This document shows, one piece after another, positions 48,640 to 59,784 of a DNA stretch of 64,000 nucleotides. The translations under genes and the position numbers were made by a program. Position 1 is the first letter of the stretch. Every line of letters begins with the position of its first letter. The stretch comes from Polynucleobacter sp. (lineage in GTDB: Bacteria; Pseudomonadota; Gammaproteobacteria; Burkholderiales; Burkholderiaceae), in contig NZ_JAHBAK020000026.1 of NCBI RefSeq assembly GCF_018500155.2, forward strand, positions 387 to 64,386, given 5' to 3'. The notes beneath the pieces were generated by a model. That model was given only the letters and a program-made list of their open reading frames with translations, was not told the DNA's origin and searched no databases.

Positions 48640-51450
48640 TTATTGGCCGGAATGATCAGGACTGACTTTAAAAATTGTTTGCCAAAGCCCTAATACATGG
48701 GCCCTTGCCGTAACAAGCTCAGCATCATCCGCTAAATTAATCCGTGTTTTTTCTGCGCCATCGAGTCGCAAGCGATGTTGACGGGCGCGCATGAATCGAT
48801 AGGCATTACCAACTTGCTGCGCAGCTTCTGGAGAGATTAAGCCCGCTTCTCCCGCAATTCTGAGAAGCGCAATATTGCCCAAGTTCTCAATCAATTGAGA
48901 ATATTCATGGGCATAAGCCAATACAAGAAATTGGACGATAAATTCAATATCAACCATTCCTCCTGAGTCATGCTTTAAATCAAAGGCATCACTAGCATTG
49001 GGGTGTCCTTCATGGACCTTGCGTCGCATATCTAATATTTCCGTGCGCAAGTGTTCGATTTCGCGCTTTTGCCTCAACACTTCAGAGCGAACAGCATCAA
49101 ATGTCTGACCAACGATAGGATTGCCTGCTGCAAAACGAGCCCGAGTTAAGGCCTGGTGCTCCCACACCCAAGCGGCGTTATCGCCCTCACGCATCTGATA
49201 TTTTTTAAAAGCCTCTGTATTGGTTACCAAAAAACCTGCTGATCCATTTGGTCTAAGACGGGTATCAATTTCAAAGAGGCTGCCTGCAGGGGTATAAGCA
49301 GTTAACCAATTGATCATGCGCTTAGCTAAAAGCGCATACACCTCTTGCGCAGTGAAATCATTTTCTTGGGCTTGATACAAAAACACTAAATCCAAATCGG
49401 AGGCGTATCCAAGTTCCTTACCACCTAACTTGCCATAGGCAATCACCGCGAAAGCTGGAGCATCTGTAGTCAAACCAAATTTATTTGCCACCACAGGCCA
49501 AACTCGCTCAATCGTGGCTTGCAAGATTAAATCGGCTAAAGCAGATAAATGATCACTCACTTTTTCAACCGATAAAGCGCGTTCGACCCCAATGCCCAGA
49601 TCTGCCAAAAGCGTGATGAAGGTCTCGGTGTGATGAGTAATGCGCAAGATATCCATTGCTTGCTCAGAGCCATCACCATCAGCCATGACATCATCTAAAC
49701 GCATATTTAAATTTGCTTTAACCTCGGCCCAATAAGCTTCAGGCTGCTCAATCAGCATTTGCTCAGTACGCGAGTTAAGAAGATAGTCCAGCAGATGAGG
49801 ATGCGCTGTGAGATATTGAGCACCCCATTGAGAGGCCCTCAGCAAAGCCAATACATTTACCAGTGCCTTGGGGTACTCAGACAATATGGAAAGATAAGCA
49901 CTGCGCCTAGCAACAGACTCGAGCAAATCAAAAAAGCGTAATAGGGTTTGATCAGGATTGAGAGCGGCATGATCATCAGTCTCCAACAGTTGTGCAGCGG
50001 TCCGCATTAAGCCATCAAAAATCAGACGGCTTTTTTCAGGAAGCACTTTTGCCTTAGAGCTTTCAATCCAAGCATGCCAGCGAAGAGATGCTTGTGGAAA
50101 TACGGTGGGGTCTGGCTCCCAATGTCCATCGAGTGGCGCTAAATCCAAACGTGCCCCATCGTCCAATAAAAAAGCCTTTTCAAATAAACGCATCACATGA
50201 TCTTGATGTCGTTCCAATTCCAACATAAAACTCTCTGTATTTGAAAAACCCATACTGGCGGCCAGTCGTGAGCGAGCCTCTTCATCGTCAGGCAGATAAT
50301 GAGTTTGCTGATCCTCCCACACTTGAATCCGATGCTCGAGACGACGCAGAAATATATAGGCAGCAGTCAATGCCTCCACTTCTGCGTTCGGCAAAATTCC
50401 TCTTTGGGAAATTAAATCCAATACCTGCAATGTTGGCCTTACTCTAAAGCGAGGATCGGTACCACCACGCATTAACTGAAACATTTGCGCTAGAAACTCA
50501 ATTTCACGAATACCGCCACGCCCAAGCTTAATATCACGCGAACGACCCTGATGATGAGCAGAACGTTTTTCCGCCTCGCGCTGAATTTGGGCATGTAATT
50601 CTCGAATTGATGCAATGACACCATAATCTAAGTGCCGTCGATATACGAAGGGCCGAATCAGTTGATCCAATGCTTTTTCACAATGCTCATAATTCTCTGA
50701 GCCAGGCAAGGGGGCAATCAATCGCCCTTTAATCCAGGCATAGCGCTCCCACTCGCGCCCCTGAACCAAGAGATACTCCTCCAGCATATCGAGACTGCAT
50801 ACCAGAGGGCCAGAATCCCCATTCGGACGCAGACGCATATCTACACGAAATACAAACCCATTCTCATCATGCTCCGACAACAGCTTAATGAGACGTTTTC
50901 CCATGCGGGTAAACCATTCATGGTTTGAGAGACTCTTGGGCCCACCGCGGGTATCGCCTTCATGTTCGTAAAGAAAAATTAAATCTATATCTGATGAGAG
51001 GTTTAACTCAAAACCTCCCAACTTACCCATACCCACTACCATCAGCGGCATTTCCGAATTGGCTACTTCGCTCCATGGGACACCAAAACGGGGCTGCAAG
51101 TCATTGCGTATAAATGTGATGCTCTGAGCAACTGCTAGCTGAGCAAAATCGCTAAGGCTGTGGGTAACCTCATCAAGTTGAGCTAAACCATTGAGATCAC
51201 GAAATGCGATCCATAGCATGAGTTGTTGACGAGCCAGACGCAAATGGCACATGAATTGCGCCTCATCCCATACCGTATTGGCGTCATCACTCTTATATGA
51301 ATCTAGTAATGCCTGAATTTGGCGCAAATCTATTTTTTTGGAGCCATGCTCACACAACCATTGACGCCATAGAGGCTGAGCGTGCAACCAACGTCGCGCA
51401 TAGTTGGAGTGCTGCTCTAAAAACTCAATTTGCCGTGAAAACGTATCCAT
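48640..51450 (-). CDS. glnE: Bifunctional glutamine synthetase adenylyltransferase / deadenylyltransferase
   Basis: Two nucleotidyltransferase modules (GMGKLGG.ELN.SSDIDL; YGKLGGKELGYASDLDL), DMRLRP.G and DTRLRP.G. Confidence 0.96.
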   Translation of the reverse strand: MDTFSRQIEFLEQHSNYARRWLHAQPLWRQWLCEHGSKKIDLRQIQALLDSYKSDDANTVWDEAQFMCHLRLARQQLMLWIAFRDLNGLAQLDEVTHSLSDFAQLAVAQSITFIRNDLQPRFGVPWSEVANSEMPLMVVGMGKLGGFELNLSSDIDLIFLYEHEGDTRGGPKSLSNHEWFTRMGKRLIKLLSEHDENGFVFRVDMRLRPNGDSGPLVCSLDMLEEYLLVQGREWERYAWIKGRLIAPLPGSENYEHCEKALDQLIRPFVYRRHLDYGVIASIRELHAQIQREAEKRSAHHQGRSRDIKLGRGGIREIEFLAQMFQLMRGGTDPRFRVRPTLQVLDLISQRGILPNAEVEALTAAYIFLRRLEHRIQVWEDQQTHYLPDDEEARSRLAASMGFSNTESFMLELERHQDHVMRLFEKAFLLDDGARLDLAPLDGHWEPDPTVFPQASLRWHAWIESSKAKVLPEKSRLIFDGLMRTAAQLLETDDHAALNPDQTLLRFFDLLESVARRSAYLSILSEYPKALVNVLALLRASQWGAQYLTAHPHLLDYLLNSRTEQMLIEQPEAYWAEVKANLNMRLDDVMADGDGSEQAMDILRITHHTETFITLLADLGIGVERALSVEKVSDHLSALADLILQATIERVWPVVANKFGLTTDAPAFAVIAYGKLGGKELGYASDLDLVFLYQAQENDFTAQEVYALLAKRMINWLTAYTPAGSLFEIDTRLRPNGSAGFLVTNTEAFKKYQMREGDNAAWVWEHQALTRARFAAGNPIVGQTFDAVRSEVLRQKREIEHLRTEILDMRRKVHEGHPNASDAFDLKHDSGGMVDIEFIVQFLVLAYAHEYSQLIENLGNIALLRIAGEAGLISPEAAQQVGNAYRFMRARQHRLRLDGAEKTRINLADDAELVTARAHVLGLWQTIFKVSPDHSGQ

Positions 51451-51456
51451 CCCCCC

Positions 51457-51462
51457 ATCTTA
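51457..51462 (-). promoter_or_regulatory. Putative -10 element (TAAGAT) 6 nt upstream of glnE ATG
   Basis: Minus strand reads TAAGAT-gggggg-ATG. Confidence 0.4.
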
Positions 51463-51528
51463 ATACCGACCAAATATCAGACCCCGGAAGTTTGGTAATT
51501 GACCAAAGCCTGACGGATAATAGAGGCC

Positions 51529-54500
51529 ATGCCGCAAAACACCACCCCAGTTAACCACAAGAGCGCGTTCAAAAAACGTCCTCCTGGTTTTGGTGCCGAT
51601 TGGCGTAAACGCCTCCTCATATTGATGGCAGTTATTGGCGTATTTTTCATCGCTGGTCATTTTGGCGTTCGTTTTATTCTTTGGCCCCAGATTGAAAAAT
51701 CTAAAGCATCTGTTGAAAAACTGATTGGCGCTCGGGCTGGCGTCAATGTAGCAATAAACGATCTCAAAGTTTCTTGGACCGGCATTAGACCTGCATTTGA
51801 AATTGATGGCTTACGCTTCCTGTCACCCAACAACACTCAAGACGTTCTCAGCATTAAAAAAATCTACGGTGAAATCAGTTGGAAATCTTTTTATCACCTA
51901 GCACCCTATTTCCATGAAATATATATTGAGGATGCGCAGATTCAAGCGCAAAGAAGCGCAAAAGGAATCATCACAATTGCCGGCATTACCCTAGACGGCG
52001 GTAGCAATGATTACACTGCCGAGAACTGGCTTTTTTCGCAAGATTTAATCGATATCAAGAACGTCAATATTGTTTGGGATGATGAGCAAAGTAAAAAATT
52101 ACCAAGCAATATTGAAGTGCAAAAACTTTCCCTTGAGAATGGTATCCGCAAGCATCGTGGCGCACTCATTGCAGTTACTCCATGGAACAAAGGTCCTTTA
52201 GAGGTCAATGTAGATTTTGTGCATCACATTGGCGGACAGCCGGGCAACTGGCGCGACTGGATTGGCAACCTATCTTGGAACTTGACCGCGCTTGACCTCA
52301 ACCAAATCGCTAGAGAATTCAAATTAAAACTCTATAGCCTAGAAGGAATTCTGAGCTCTAATGGCAATTTAAAAATTGATAATGCCAAACCTGATGGCGG
52401 TGAATTTTTTGTTGCTGTTGATAGGCTAGTCGTACAACTATCCAAAAGCGAAGATGCAATCGCATTGGGTAGACTGGAAACCAATTTGTTGCAAGAAACT
52501 GAAGATGGATTAATTACCATCTCCACCAAATCTTTCTCTTGGCGAGACATGGATAGCCCGAAATCTGCGCCCCTCGAGAAATTAAGCCCCATGACATTCC
52601 GTTGGCGCCCACCAGGTCCCGATGGTGAGATTAAAGAATTTGGTTTTTCTTCGCCAAAAATTTTAGTTGAGGATGTTGCTTTATTTGCACTGAACTTACC
52701 ACTTTCTAAAAAGGTTCATCAGTGGATTAAGACTTCTAAAGCAGAAGGTGAACTAGAGGATCTTGATATTCACTGGTCCGAAAGCAAGTCGCCTCTATCC
52801 GCACTCAATATTCCAGGCGGCTGGTTCAAATCCAACAAATTAGACTTTAGCGTGAGCGCCAAACTCATTAATTTGAGCTTTGTAGGCATCAATAAATCAA
52901 TTCCATCAGTTTCTAATTTATCTGGCTTTATTTCTAGCACCCATAAAGAAGGTAGCTTCTCCCTGAAATCAAATAATTTGGGTCTTGAGGTGTATGACCT
53001 ACTAGAAGATCCCAAAATTCAATTAGATAAAGCTTCTGGTCAGATCAAATGGGCAAAGCAAAAGGGGCGCTGGGTAATTGATGCCAAAAAAGTAGCGCTG
53101 AGCAATCCTGAGATCACCACCAATTTGAATCTTAATTACATCGTCGGCAACCCCAAGGAAGCAGACACAATGTCTTTGGACATGGAGTTTGAGAAAGCCA
53201 ATCTGAAGACTGCATATCGTTACTTACCCTTAGGAATGAGCAAAGAAGTTCGCACCTATCTAAGCAAAGCATTTGAAGCCGGCACTATTCAAAATGGGCG
53301 TCTACATATTAAAGGCGACCCTAATGAAGTGCCATTCGCCGATGCACAAAAAGGGGAATTCAATTTAGATCTTCCGATTACTGGCGCCGCGTTTAGTCCA
53401 GTTCCAGGGCTACCAAAAGCACAAGGGACTTGGTCTACCTTTAATAATGTCAACGGCAAAGTTGCAATGAATCATGCAAACTTCACTGTTGATATAGACA
53501 AAGCGACGTATAAACAAGTTGCTTTGGATGCATTTCACGCAGAAATACCGAATGTCAGCGCTAAGCAACTCATACTCACCGTTAATGGACACGCAAATGG
53601 AGAGGCGAGTCAATTCCTAGAATACTTCTATGCCTCTCCCGCAGGAAAAGCGCAAGATCAACTTGAGCAACATCTGCGCGTTACGGGGCCGCTGGAAATG
53701 AACTTGGGCCTAAAGATTCCTTTAACCGATTCAAGCGATACCAATGTCGATGTGAAATTATCATTGCCAGGCAATCGAGCAGAATGGTCTGGTATACCTC
53801 CTTTTGAAAATCTCAAAGGCAATATTCGCATTACAGAAAATAACCCCGAATTTGAAGATATCACTGCCAACTTCTTAGGGGGTGCAATCAAGATTACCTC
53901 CACAGATCAAGGGAAAAATAAGCAAAACTTTAGTATCGCTGGCGATATCAAAACTCAATTTCTTAAAGAGTATTTTGCCAAGTCCGCTCACGCAGAGATT
54001 CGCCCCTTACTCAATGCAATGAATGGTTCGATTGCTTATGAGGGTGCGGTTAACTTTAATAAACTTGGCAGCAATACGAATCTGCGTTTCGATCTCAAAA
54101 ACTGGTCGCTCAATGCGCCCGCTCCTGCATCTAAATTGGCTGGATCACCACTCACGGCTGAAGTCAATATTAAAACTTACGCAAAAGATAAATCCAACCC
54201 TAATCGTGCAAGCTGGTCAGGAAAAATGGGAGATCTTTACTCATTGCAAGGCGTAATCGGTCGCGATGATGTCATCAGCCATAGCGTTGGTATTGGTGCT
54301 CCCCCCAATATGCCAAAACAGGGCTTTAATCTGAATTTGGCGAGCAATGAACTTAACTTAGACGCATGGCAAGATTTTCTTAATGTGAAGGGATCGGCCC
54401 AAACCACAGTAGATGAATCTCATCCCAACCCTATTCAACTTACAGCGCAAATCAAAAAACTGATTGCTTTTGATCGTGCCTGGCCAGATGTGAATGCCCT

Positions 54501-55650
54501 CGCCAATTACAAAAAAAATATTATGGATCTGCGTCTTTCTTCCCCAATGATTGCCGGGCAATTGCAGTATCAGGCTACTCATGCGAGCTATAGCAATGGT
54601 CTTATCAGCGGACATCTAACCAAGCTAAAGCTTCCAGAAGTAACTTCGGATACCACTACAGCAGCGATCCCAAAAAATAATTCGCTCACCGCAAAATCAC
54701 TCAACCCCGAAATGATTCCGAGTTTGGATATCACTATTGATGATTTTTTATGGTCCAAAGCAAATTTTGGACAGGTCAAAATCAAAACCAGTACTGAGGA
54801 CAATGTTCTAAAAATTGACTCTATTCAGACAAGCAATCCACAGGGCGCCACCACCCTCAAGGGTCAATGGCGTGGTGGTGACAAAAATAATGAGGATCGC
54901 AGCAGCCTTACTATCGCTATGGATATTAAAGATGCGGGTCTCATCATTACCAATTGGACCGCACAAAATGTAGTTGAAGGCGGGTCAGGAAAAATCAATG
55001 CTGATGTGGAATGGAGTGGTCCGCCCTTTAATCCAAAATTAGAGACGCTTTCCGGAACAGCAAGCCTAAATCTTGAAAATGGACGTTTTCTTAACGTGAA
55101 CTCTAGTGGGGCGAAAATTCTCGACATCCTTAGCCTCCAAAGTTTATTGAAGTTTGCCACCTTGGACCTTCAAGGAAGTCTTGGGAATATTGTGACTAAA
55201 GGCACACCTTTTAATACGATTACAAGTAATTTTGATATCAATCAAGGCATTGCCCAGACCAAACAATTCAACATGAATTTGGATCAAGCGCGAGTTGCGA
55301 TGACCGGCCAAATCAATGTCTTTAAACAAACCCAAGATTTACGCATTACGATTTTTCCAACCATTGATGCCACTGCTGGATCTCTTGCTGCTTTTGCAAT
55401 TAACCCGATTGTGGGTCTCAGTGCACTCATTGGACAGTATCTCGTCACTAGTCAAATTAATCGCGGTATGCAATCAGACTATTTGGTACAGGGATCTTGG
55501 GATAATCCAGAAGTGATTCCCTTGGACCAAAAAGGCCAACCTCTTGATGATAAAACCCTAAATACTATTCGTAGTAAAGAATTGCTTAAAGAACAAGATA
55601 AACCGAGTCTTCAAAACACTCCAAACATCCCATCTAAATCGACTAATTAA
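51529..55650 (+). CDS. yhdP: YhdP-family AsmA-like envelope protein (TIGR02099 type)
   Basis: 1373 aa, N-terminal TM anchor, beta-rich body, C-terminal AsmA_2-like region (ILSLQSL, INPIVG); synteny with nitrilase and tldD. Confidence 0.82.
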   Translation: MPQNTTPVNHKSAFKKRPPGFGADWRKRLLILMAVIGVFFIAGHFGVRFILWPQIEKSKASVEKLIGARAGVNVAINDLKVSWTGIRPAFEIDGLRFLSPNNTQDVLSIKKIYGEISWKSFYHLAPYFHEIYIEDAQIQAQRSAKGIITIAGITLDGGSNDYTAENWLFSQDLIDIKNVNIVWDDEQSKKLPSNIEVQKLSLENGIRKHRGALIAVTPWNKGPLEVNVDFVHHIGGQPGNWRDWIGNLSWNLTALDLNQIAREFKLKLYSLEGILSSNGNLKIDNAKPDGGEFFVAVDRLVVQLSKSEDAIALGRLETNLLQETEDGLITISTKSFSWRDMDSPKSAPLEKLSPMTFRWRPPGPDGEIKEFGFSSPKILVEDVALFALNLPLSKKVHQWIKTSKAEGELEDLDIHWSESKSPLSALNIPGGWFKSNKLDFSVSAKLINLSFVGINKSIPSVSNLSGFISSTHKEGSFSLKSNNLGLEVYDLLEDPKIQLDKASGQIKWAKQKGRWVIDAKKVALSNPEITTNLNLNYIVGNPKEADTMSLDMEFEKANLKTAYRYLPLGMSKEVRTYLSKAFEAGTIQNGRLHIKGDPNEVPFADAQKGEFNLDLPITGAAFSPVPGLPKAQGTWSTFNNVNGKVAMNHANFTVDIDKATYKQVALDAFHAEIPNVSAKQLILTVNGHANGEASQFLEYFYASPAGKAQDQLEQHLRVTGPLEMNLGLKIPLTDSSDTNVDVKLSLPGNRAEWSGIPPFENLKGNIRITENNPEFEDITANFLGGAIKITSTDQGKNKQNFSIAGDIKTQFLKEYFAKSAHAEIRPLLNAMNGSIAYEGAVNFNKLGSNTNLRFDLKNWSLNAPAPASKLAGSPLTAEVNIKTYAKDKSNPNRASWSGKMGDLYSLQGVIGRDDVISHSVGIGAPPNMPKQGFNLNLASNELNLDAWQDFLNVKGSAQTTVDESHPNPIQLTAQIKKLIAFDRAWPDVNALANYKKNIMDLRLSSPMIAGQLQYQATHASYSNGLISGHLTKLKLPEVTSDTTTAAIPKNNSLTAKSLNPEMIPSLDITIDDFLWSKANFGQVKIKTSTEDNVLKIDSIQTSNPQGATTLKGQWRGGDKNNEDRSSLTIAMDIKDAGLIITNWTAQNVVEGGSGKINADVEWSGPPFNPKLETLSGTASLNLENGRFLNVNSSGAKILDILSLQSLLKFATLDLQGSLGNIVTKGTPFNTITSNFDINQGIAQTKQFNMNLDQARVAMTGQINVFKQTQDLRITIFPTIDATAGSLAAFAINPIVGLSALIGQYLVTSQINRGMQSDYLVQGSWDNPEVIPLDQKGQPLDDKTLNTIRSKELLKEQDKPSLQNTPNIPSKSTN

Positions 55651-55656
55651 ATACTA

Positions 55657-56481
55657 ATGAATGCACCCGCAACGTTGAATATTGCTTCGGTTCAAATGGT
55701 ATCCACGCCTGATGTCAATACCAATCTCATGACAGCGGGCAGACTCATTCATGCTGCCTCACAGGCGGGAGCACAACTAGTGGTGTTGCCAGAATATTTT
55801 TGCCTAATGGGCTTAAAAGATACTGACAAAGTGAGGATACGGGAGCAGTTTGGGGTTGGGCCAATTCAAGATCAACTATCAGCATTTGCCAAAGAGAATC
55901 AAATTTACTTAGTCGCCGGCACCATTCCACTTAAAGCAACTGACCCCAATAAAGTACTGAACACACTGCTTGTCTATAGTCCTTCCGGTCAAGTCATTGG
56001 AAGATACGACAAAATTCACTTATTTGGTTTTCAAACAAAAACGGAGCGTTATCAAGAGTCAGAAACTATTGAGGCGGGTGATGCGCCTGGGATTCTCAAA
56101 ATCAATCATCTTCAAGAGAGCTGGAGTTTTGGCCTCAGTATTTGTTATGACTTACGCTTTCCAGAACTTTATCGGGCAATGGGCTCTATAGATTGCCACA
56201 TCATTCCCGCTGCCTTTACTCACACTACCGGAAAAGCCCATTGGGAGATTCTCCTAAGAGCCAGAGCAATAGAAAATCAATGCTATGTACTGGCCTCTGC
56301 ACAAGGAGGGACCCATCCAAACCAACGACGCACATGGGGGCATAGCATGCTCATAGACCCTTGGGGATCGGTGCTGAACGATCTACCAGAAGGTGAGGGT
56401 TTTATTACAGGCACTCTCAGCAAAGAAAAGATAAACGAGGTACGCTCTCAATTACCAGCCCTCGCACATCGAAAGCTTTAA
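55657..56481 (+). CDS. Carbon-nitrogen hydrolase (Nit1-like)
   Basis: Catalytic triad motifs LPEYF, YDKIHLF, ICYDLRFPE; ARAIENQCYV. Confidence 0.92.
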   Translation: MNAPATLNIASVQMVSTPDVNTNLMTAGRLIHAASQAGAQLVVLPEYFCLMGLKDTDKVRIREQFGVGPIQDQLSAFAKENQIYLVAGTIPLKATDPNKVLNTLLVYSPSGQVIGRYDKIHLFGFQTKTERYQESETIEAGDAPGILKINHLQESWSFGLSICYDLRFPELYRAMGSIDCHIIPAAFTHTTGKAHWEILLRARAIENQCYVLASAQGGTHPNQRRTWGHSMLIDPWGSVLNDLPEGEGFITGTLSKEKINEVRSQLPALAHRKL

Positions 56482-56499
56482 AGAAATCAATTACGTTCT

Positions 56500-57990
56500 A
56501 TGAATGCACCTGAAGCACTGTTTCCAGCCAATTGGACGAAAGCCAAAAAACAGGCAGACCTCATCAAATTAGCAAAGTCTATTCTTCTTGAGCCCACTGG
56601 TTTATCTGAGAAGGATCTTCACCATACTTTCGGCAACATGTTTGCTCATCGCCTGGATGATGCTGACCTCTATTTTCAGCACACACGCAGCGAAAGTTGG
56701 AGTCTTGAGGAAGGCATTGTTAAATCAGGCAGCTTCAACATCGATCAAGGCGTAGGTGTCCGTGCAATTTATGGCGATAAAACAGCTTTTGCCTATTCTG
56801 ATGAAATCAATCTGGAGGCATTAAGCAAAGCAGCTAAAGCCACTCGCGTCATTGGCCCACAAGGCGGCAAACAAGCGGTTGCAAGTAAATTATTTCATCC
56901 CCTATCGAACAAACTCTATTCAGACCTTAACCCTCTTGAATCCTTGCAACCCAAAGAGAAGATTGCATTGCTAGAGGGTATTGAGCGCCGTGCGAAAGCC
57001 CGCGATCCTCGCGTGATCCAAGTGATGGCCAGTCTTGCTGGTGAGTTTGATGTAGTTTTAGTTGCCAGAGCAGATGGCCTTCTGGCAGCAGATATCCGTC
57101 CGCTTGTACGAGTTTCCGTACATGTCATCGCAGAACAAAATGGACGTCGCGAGTCAGGATCATCTGGTGGTGGCGCAAGGCATGACTATCTATTTTTTGA
57201 TACCGATCTGATTCATCGTTATGTGGATGAAGCTGTCGATGGCGCTCTAGTCAACTTAGAGTCTCGCCCAGCACCAGCGGGCCCAATGACGGTTGTCATG
57301 GGACCAGGATGGCCCGGAGTACTTCTTCATGAAGCAGTAGGCCATGGTCTTGAAGGCGACTTTAATCGCAAGGGCTCCTCCGCATTTGCTGGACGAATTG
57401 GTCAACGCGTTGCTGCAAAAGGTGTCACGGTCGTCGACGATGGGACCCTGTCTGGACGTAGAGGATCTTTAAATATCGATGATGAAGGCACGCCAACTCA
57501 ATGCACCACCTTAATTGAAGATGGCATCTTAAAAGGGTATATACAAGATAGTCTTAATGCCAGACTCATGAAAATGCCCTTAACAGGCAATGGACGTCGT
57601 GAGAGTTTTGCCTCTCTGCCAATGCCCAGAATGACCAATACCTATATGCTAGCTGGCAAAGATAATCCCCAAGAAATTGTGGCGAGCATTAAACGCGGCC
57701 TCTATGCTGTGAATTTTGGAGGTGGACAAGTAGATATCACTAGTGGCAAATTTGTTTTTTCTGCTTCTGAGGCTTATTGGGTAGAAAACGGCAAGATTCA
57801 ATATCCAGTCAAAGGTGCCACCATTATTGGCAGCGGTCCCGAGTCCTTAAAACAAGTCTCCATGATTGGCAATGACCTCAAATTAGATGGCGGAGTTGGG
57901 GTTTGTGGCAAAGAAGGTCAGAGCGTACCAGTAGGGGTTGGTCAGCCTACTCTAAGAATAGACAGCCTCACAGTAGGCGGCACAGCCTAA
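56500..57990 (+). CDS. tldD: Metalloprotease TldD
   Basis: [51 protein letters not shown]. Confidence 0.97.
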   Translation: MNAPEALFPANWTKAKKQADLIKLAKSILLEPTGLSEKDLHHTFGNMFAHRLDDADLYFQHTRSESWSLEEGIVKSGSFNIDQGVGVRAIYGDKTAFAYSDEINLEALSKAAKATRVIGPQGGKQAVASKLFHPLSNKLYSDLNPLESLQPKEKIALLEGIERRAKARDPRVIQVMASLAGEFDVVLVARADGLLAADIRPLVRVSVHVIAEQNGRRESGSSGGGARHDYLFFDTDLIHRYVDEAVDGALVNLESRPAPAGPMTVVMGPGWPGVLLHEAVGHGLEGDFNRKGSSAFAGRIGQRVAAKGVTVVDDGTLSGRRGSLNIDDEGTPTQCTTLIEDGILKGYIQDSLNARLMKMPLTGNGRRESFASLPMPRMTNTYMLAGKDNPQEIVASIKRGLYAVNFGGGQVDITSGKFVFSASEAYWVENGKIQYPVKGATIIGSGPESLKQVSMIGNDLKLDGGVGVCGKEGQSVPVGVGQPTLRIDSLTVGGTA

Positions 57991-58008
57991 CCAAGACAAA
58001 TTACGGCT

Positions 58009-58014
58009 TAAAAT
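58009..58014 (+). promoter_or_regulatory. Putative -10 element (TAAAAT) 6 nt upstream of aroG ATG
   Basis: TAAAAT-agccgt-ATG; no SD. Confidence 0.5.
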
Positions 58015-58020
58015 AGCCGT

Positions 58021-59145
58021 ATGAGCCAACAAAATACGAATCCCGCTAATTGGTATTCCGCCGTTGATAAAACTTCGGATACTGACGATCAACGCATTGA
58101 CAACATTTCTGTTCTGCCACCACCAGAACATCTCATTCGCTTCTTTCCAATTTCTGGAACACCTACAGAAGCATTGATTAGCAAAACGCGTAAAAAAATA
58201 CGCGACATTATTCACGGCAAAGATGATCGTTTGCTAGTAATTATTGGGCCCTGCTCCATTCATGATCCAAGAGCAGCCCTGGAATATTGCCAACGACTCC
58301 TAGGAGAGCGTGAGCGCTTTGCTGGCGAATTAGAGATCGTGATGCGCGTCTATTTTGAAAAACCACGAACTACTGTTGGTTGGAAGGGCCTCATTAACGA
58401 TCCCTATCTCGATGAATCCTACCGTATTGAAGAAGGATTACGTCTTGCTCGCCAAGTATTAATGGAAATCAATCGCCTAGGGATGCCTGCCGGTAGTGAA
58501 TTCCTCGATGTGATTTCTCCGCAATATATTGCTGATCTCATTTCTTGGGGTGCTATTGGCGCTCGCACAACCGAGAGTCAAGTGCATCGCGAACTTGCCT
58601 CAGGCTTATCAGCACCAATTGGCTTTAAAAATGGTACTGATGGCAATATCAAAATTGCAACCGATGCCATTCTGGCAGCAGGCCGTCCTCACCACTTTCT
58701 ATCCGTCCATAAAAATGGTCAGGTATCGGTGGTAGAGACCAAAGGCAATAAGGATTGTCACGTGATTTTGCGCGGTGGCAAAGAGCCTAATTACGAAGCA
58801 CAATATGTTAAGGCTGCTTGCGCTGAGCTTGAAGCTGGAAAGCTGCGTGGCAGCTTAATGGTAGATTTATCACACGCCAACTCCAGCAAGAAACATGAGC
58901 GCCAAATTCTGGTTGCCGATGATGTTGCTAAGCAAATTGAATCTGGATCGCAACAAATTTTTGGAGTCATGATTGAAAGCCACTTAAACGATGGCGCTCA
59001 AAAATTCACTCCTGGTAAGGATGATCCAAGCAAATTGGAATATGGCAAGAGCATTACTGATGCCTGTATTAACTGGGATGACTCAGTACAAGTACTTGAG
59101 CGCCTTGCATCTGCAGTGAAAAAACGCAGAAGTAAGAAAAAATAA
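58021..59145 (+). CDS. aroG: Class I DAHP synthase (3-deoxy-7-phosphoheptulonate synthase)
   Basis: GPCSIHD, RVYFEKPRTTVGWKG, AIGARTTESQVHRE, GFKNGT, HSNSSK-like DLSHANS, SITDAC. Feedback specificity cannot be determined from sequence. Confidence 0.92.
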   Translation: MSQQNTNPANWYSAVDKTSDTDDQRIDNISVLPPPEHLIRFFPISGTPTEALISKTRKKIRDIIHGKDDRLLVIIGPCSIHDPRAALEYCQRLLGERERFAGELEIVMRVYFEKPRTTVGWKGLINDPYLDESYRIEEGLRLARQVLMEINRLGMPAGSEFLDVISPQYIADLISWGAIGARTTESQVHRELASGLSAPIGFKNGTDGNIKIATDAILAAGRPHHFLSVHKNGQVSVVETKGNKDCHVILRGGKEPNYEAQYVKAACAELEAGKLRGSLMVDLSHANSSKKHERQILVADDVAKQIESGSQQIFGVMIESHLNDGAQKFTPGKDDPSKLEYGKSITDACINWDDSVQVLERLASAVKKRRSKKK

Positions 59146-59166
59146 TACGTAAGCTAGGCAACACTG

Positions 59167-59198
59167 AAAGAGACTAATTTATTTAGTCTCTTTTTTTT
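59167..59198 (+). terminator. Terminator after aroG, overlapping the 3' end of the convergent gene
   Basis: AAAGAGACTAA / TTAGTCTCTTT 11-bp stem, 5-nt loop, T8 tract. Confidence 0.75.
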
Positions 59199-59748
59199 CA
59201 TGCTTCCAAAGCACATCAGAGCCCCCTGCGGCTTTATTCAAAATGCGCGCAATGACAAACAAGAGATCTGATAGACGATTGACGTACTGACGAGGAGAGT
59301 CATACAAAGGCTCTTCCCAGCCCAAACGGACAATAGAACGCTCCGCCCTTCTGCAAACTGTGCGACAAACATGGGCCTGTGCTGCAGCACGAGTACCACC
59401 TGGCAAAATAAACTCAGTTAATGGCGGCAACTGTTGGTTATATTTTTCCAACCACACATCTAATTGCGCTACATGCTCAGGATTCAATAGTTTGTAATTG
59501 GGGATACAAAGCTCGCCCCCCAAATCAAATAAATCGTGTTGAATCTGTAAAAAAACGGTTTTTAACTCCTGGGCAATGCTTTCTGGGATCTCTTCGGTCA
59601 TCAAAACGCCGATTTCTGAGTTCAGTTCATCAACATCACCCATGGCACAAATACGCAAATGATCCTTTTCAACCCGACTTCCGTCTCCAAGGCCTGTCAT
59701 ACCGGCATCACCCGTTCTAGTGGCGATTTTTGATAGTCGATTTCCCAT
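59179..59748 (-). CDS. ATP:cob(I)alamin adenosyltransferase, PduO type (N-terminal domain only)
   Basis: IATRTGDAG.TGL, GDVDELNS.IG, FILPGG, HVCRTVCRRAER, YVNRLSDLLF. Confidence 0.9.
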   Translation of the reverse strand: MGNRLSKIATRTGDAGMTGLGDGSRVEKDHLRICAMGDVDELNSEIGVLMTEEIPESIAQELKTVFLQIQHDLFDLGGELCIPNYKLLNPEHVAQLDVWLEKYNQQLPPLTEFILPGGTRAAAQAHVCRTVCRRAERSIVRLGWEEPLYDSPRQYVNRLSDLLFVIARILNKAAGGSDVLWKHEKKETK

Positions 59749-59755
59749 GAGCTTA

Positions 59756-59777
59756 ATTATAGGTAAATGGCTAAAAT
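59756..59777. promoter_or_regulatory. Back-to-back -10 elements for the adenosyltransferase (TATAAT, minus) and glcD (TAAAAT, plus)
   Basis: Minus: TATAAT (59756-59761)-7 nt-ATG 59748. Plus: TAAAAT (59772-59777)-7 nt-ATG 59785. Confidence 0.5.
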
Positions 59778-59784
59778 GAATGTC

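Noticed and set aside
51451-51456. C6/G6 tract before glnE, and T8 at 59191-59198, as phase-variation switches
   Set aside because: The tracts are too short for high-frequency slippage and sit at essential or housekeeping genes; T8 is explained as a terminator tail.
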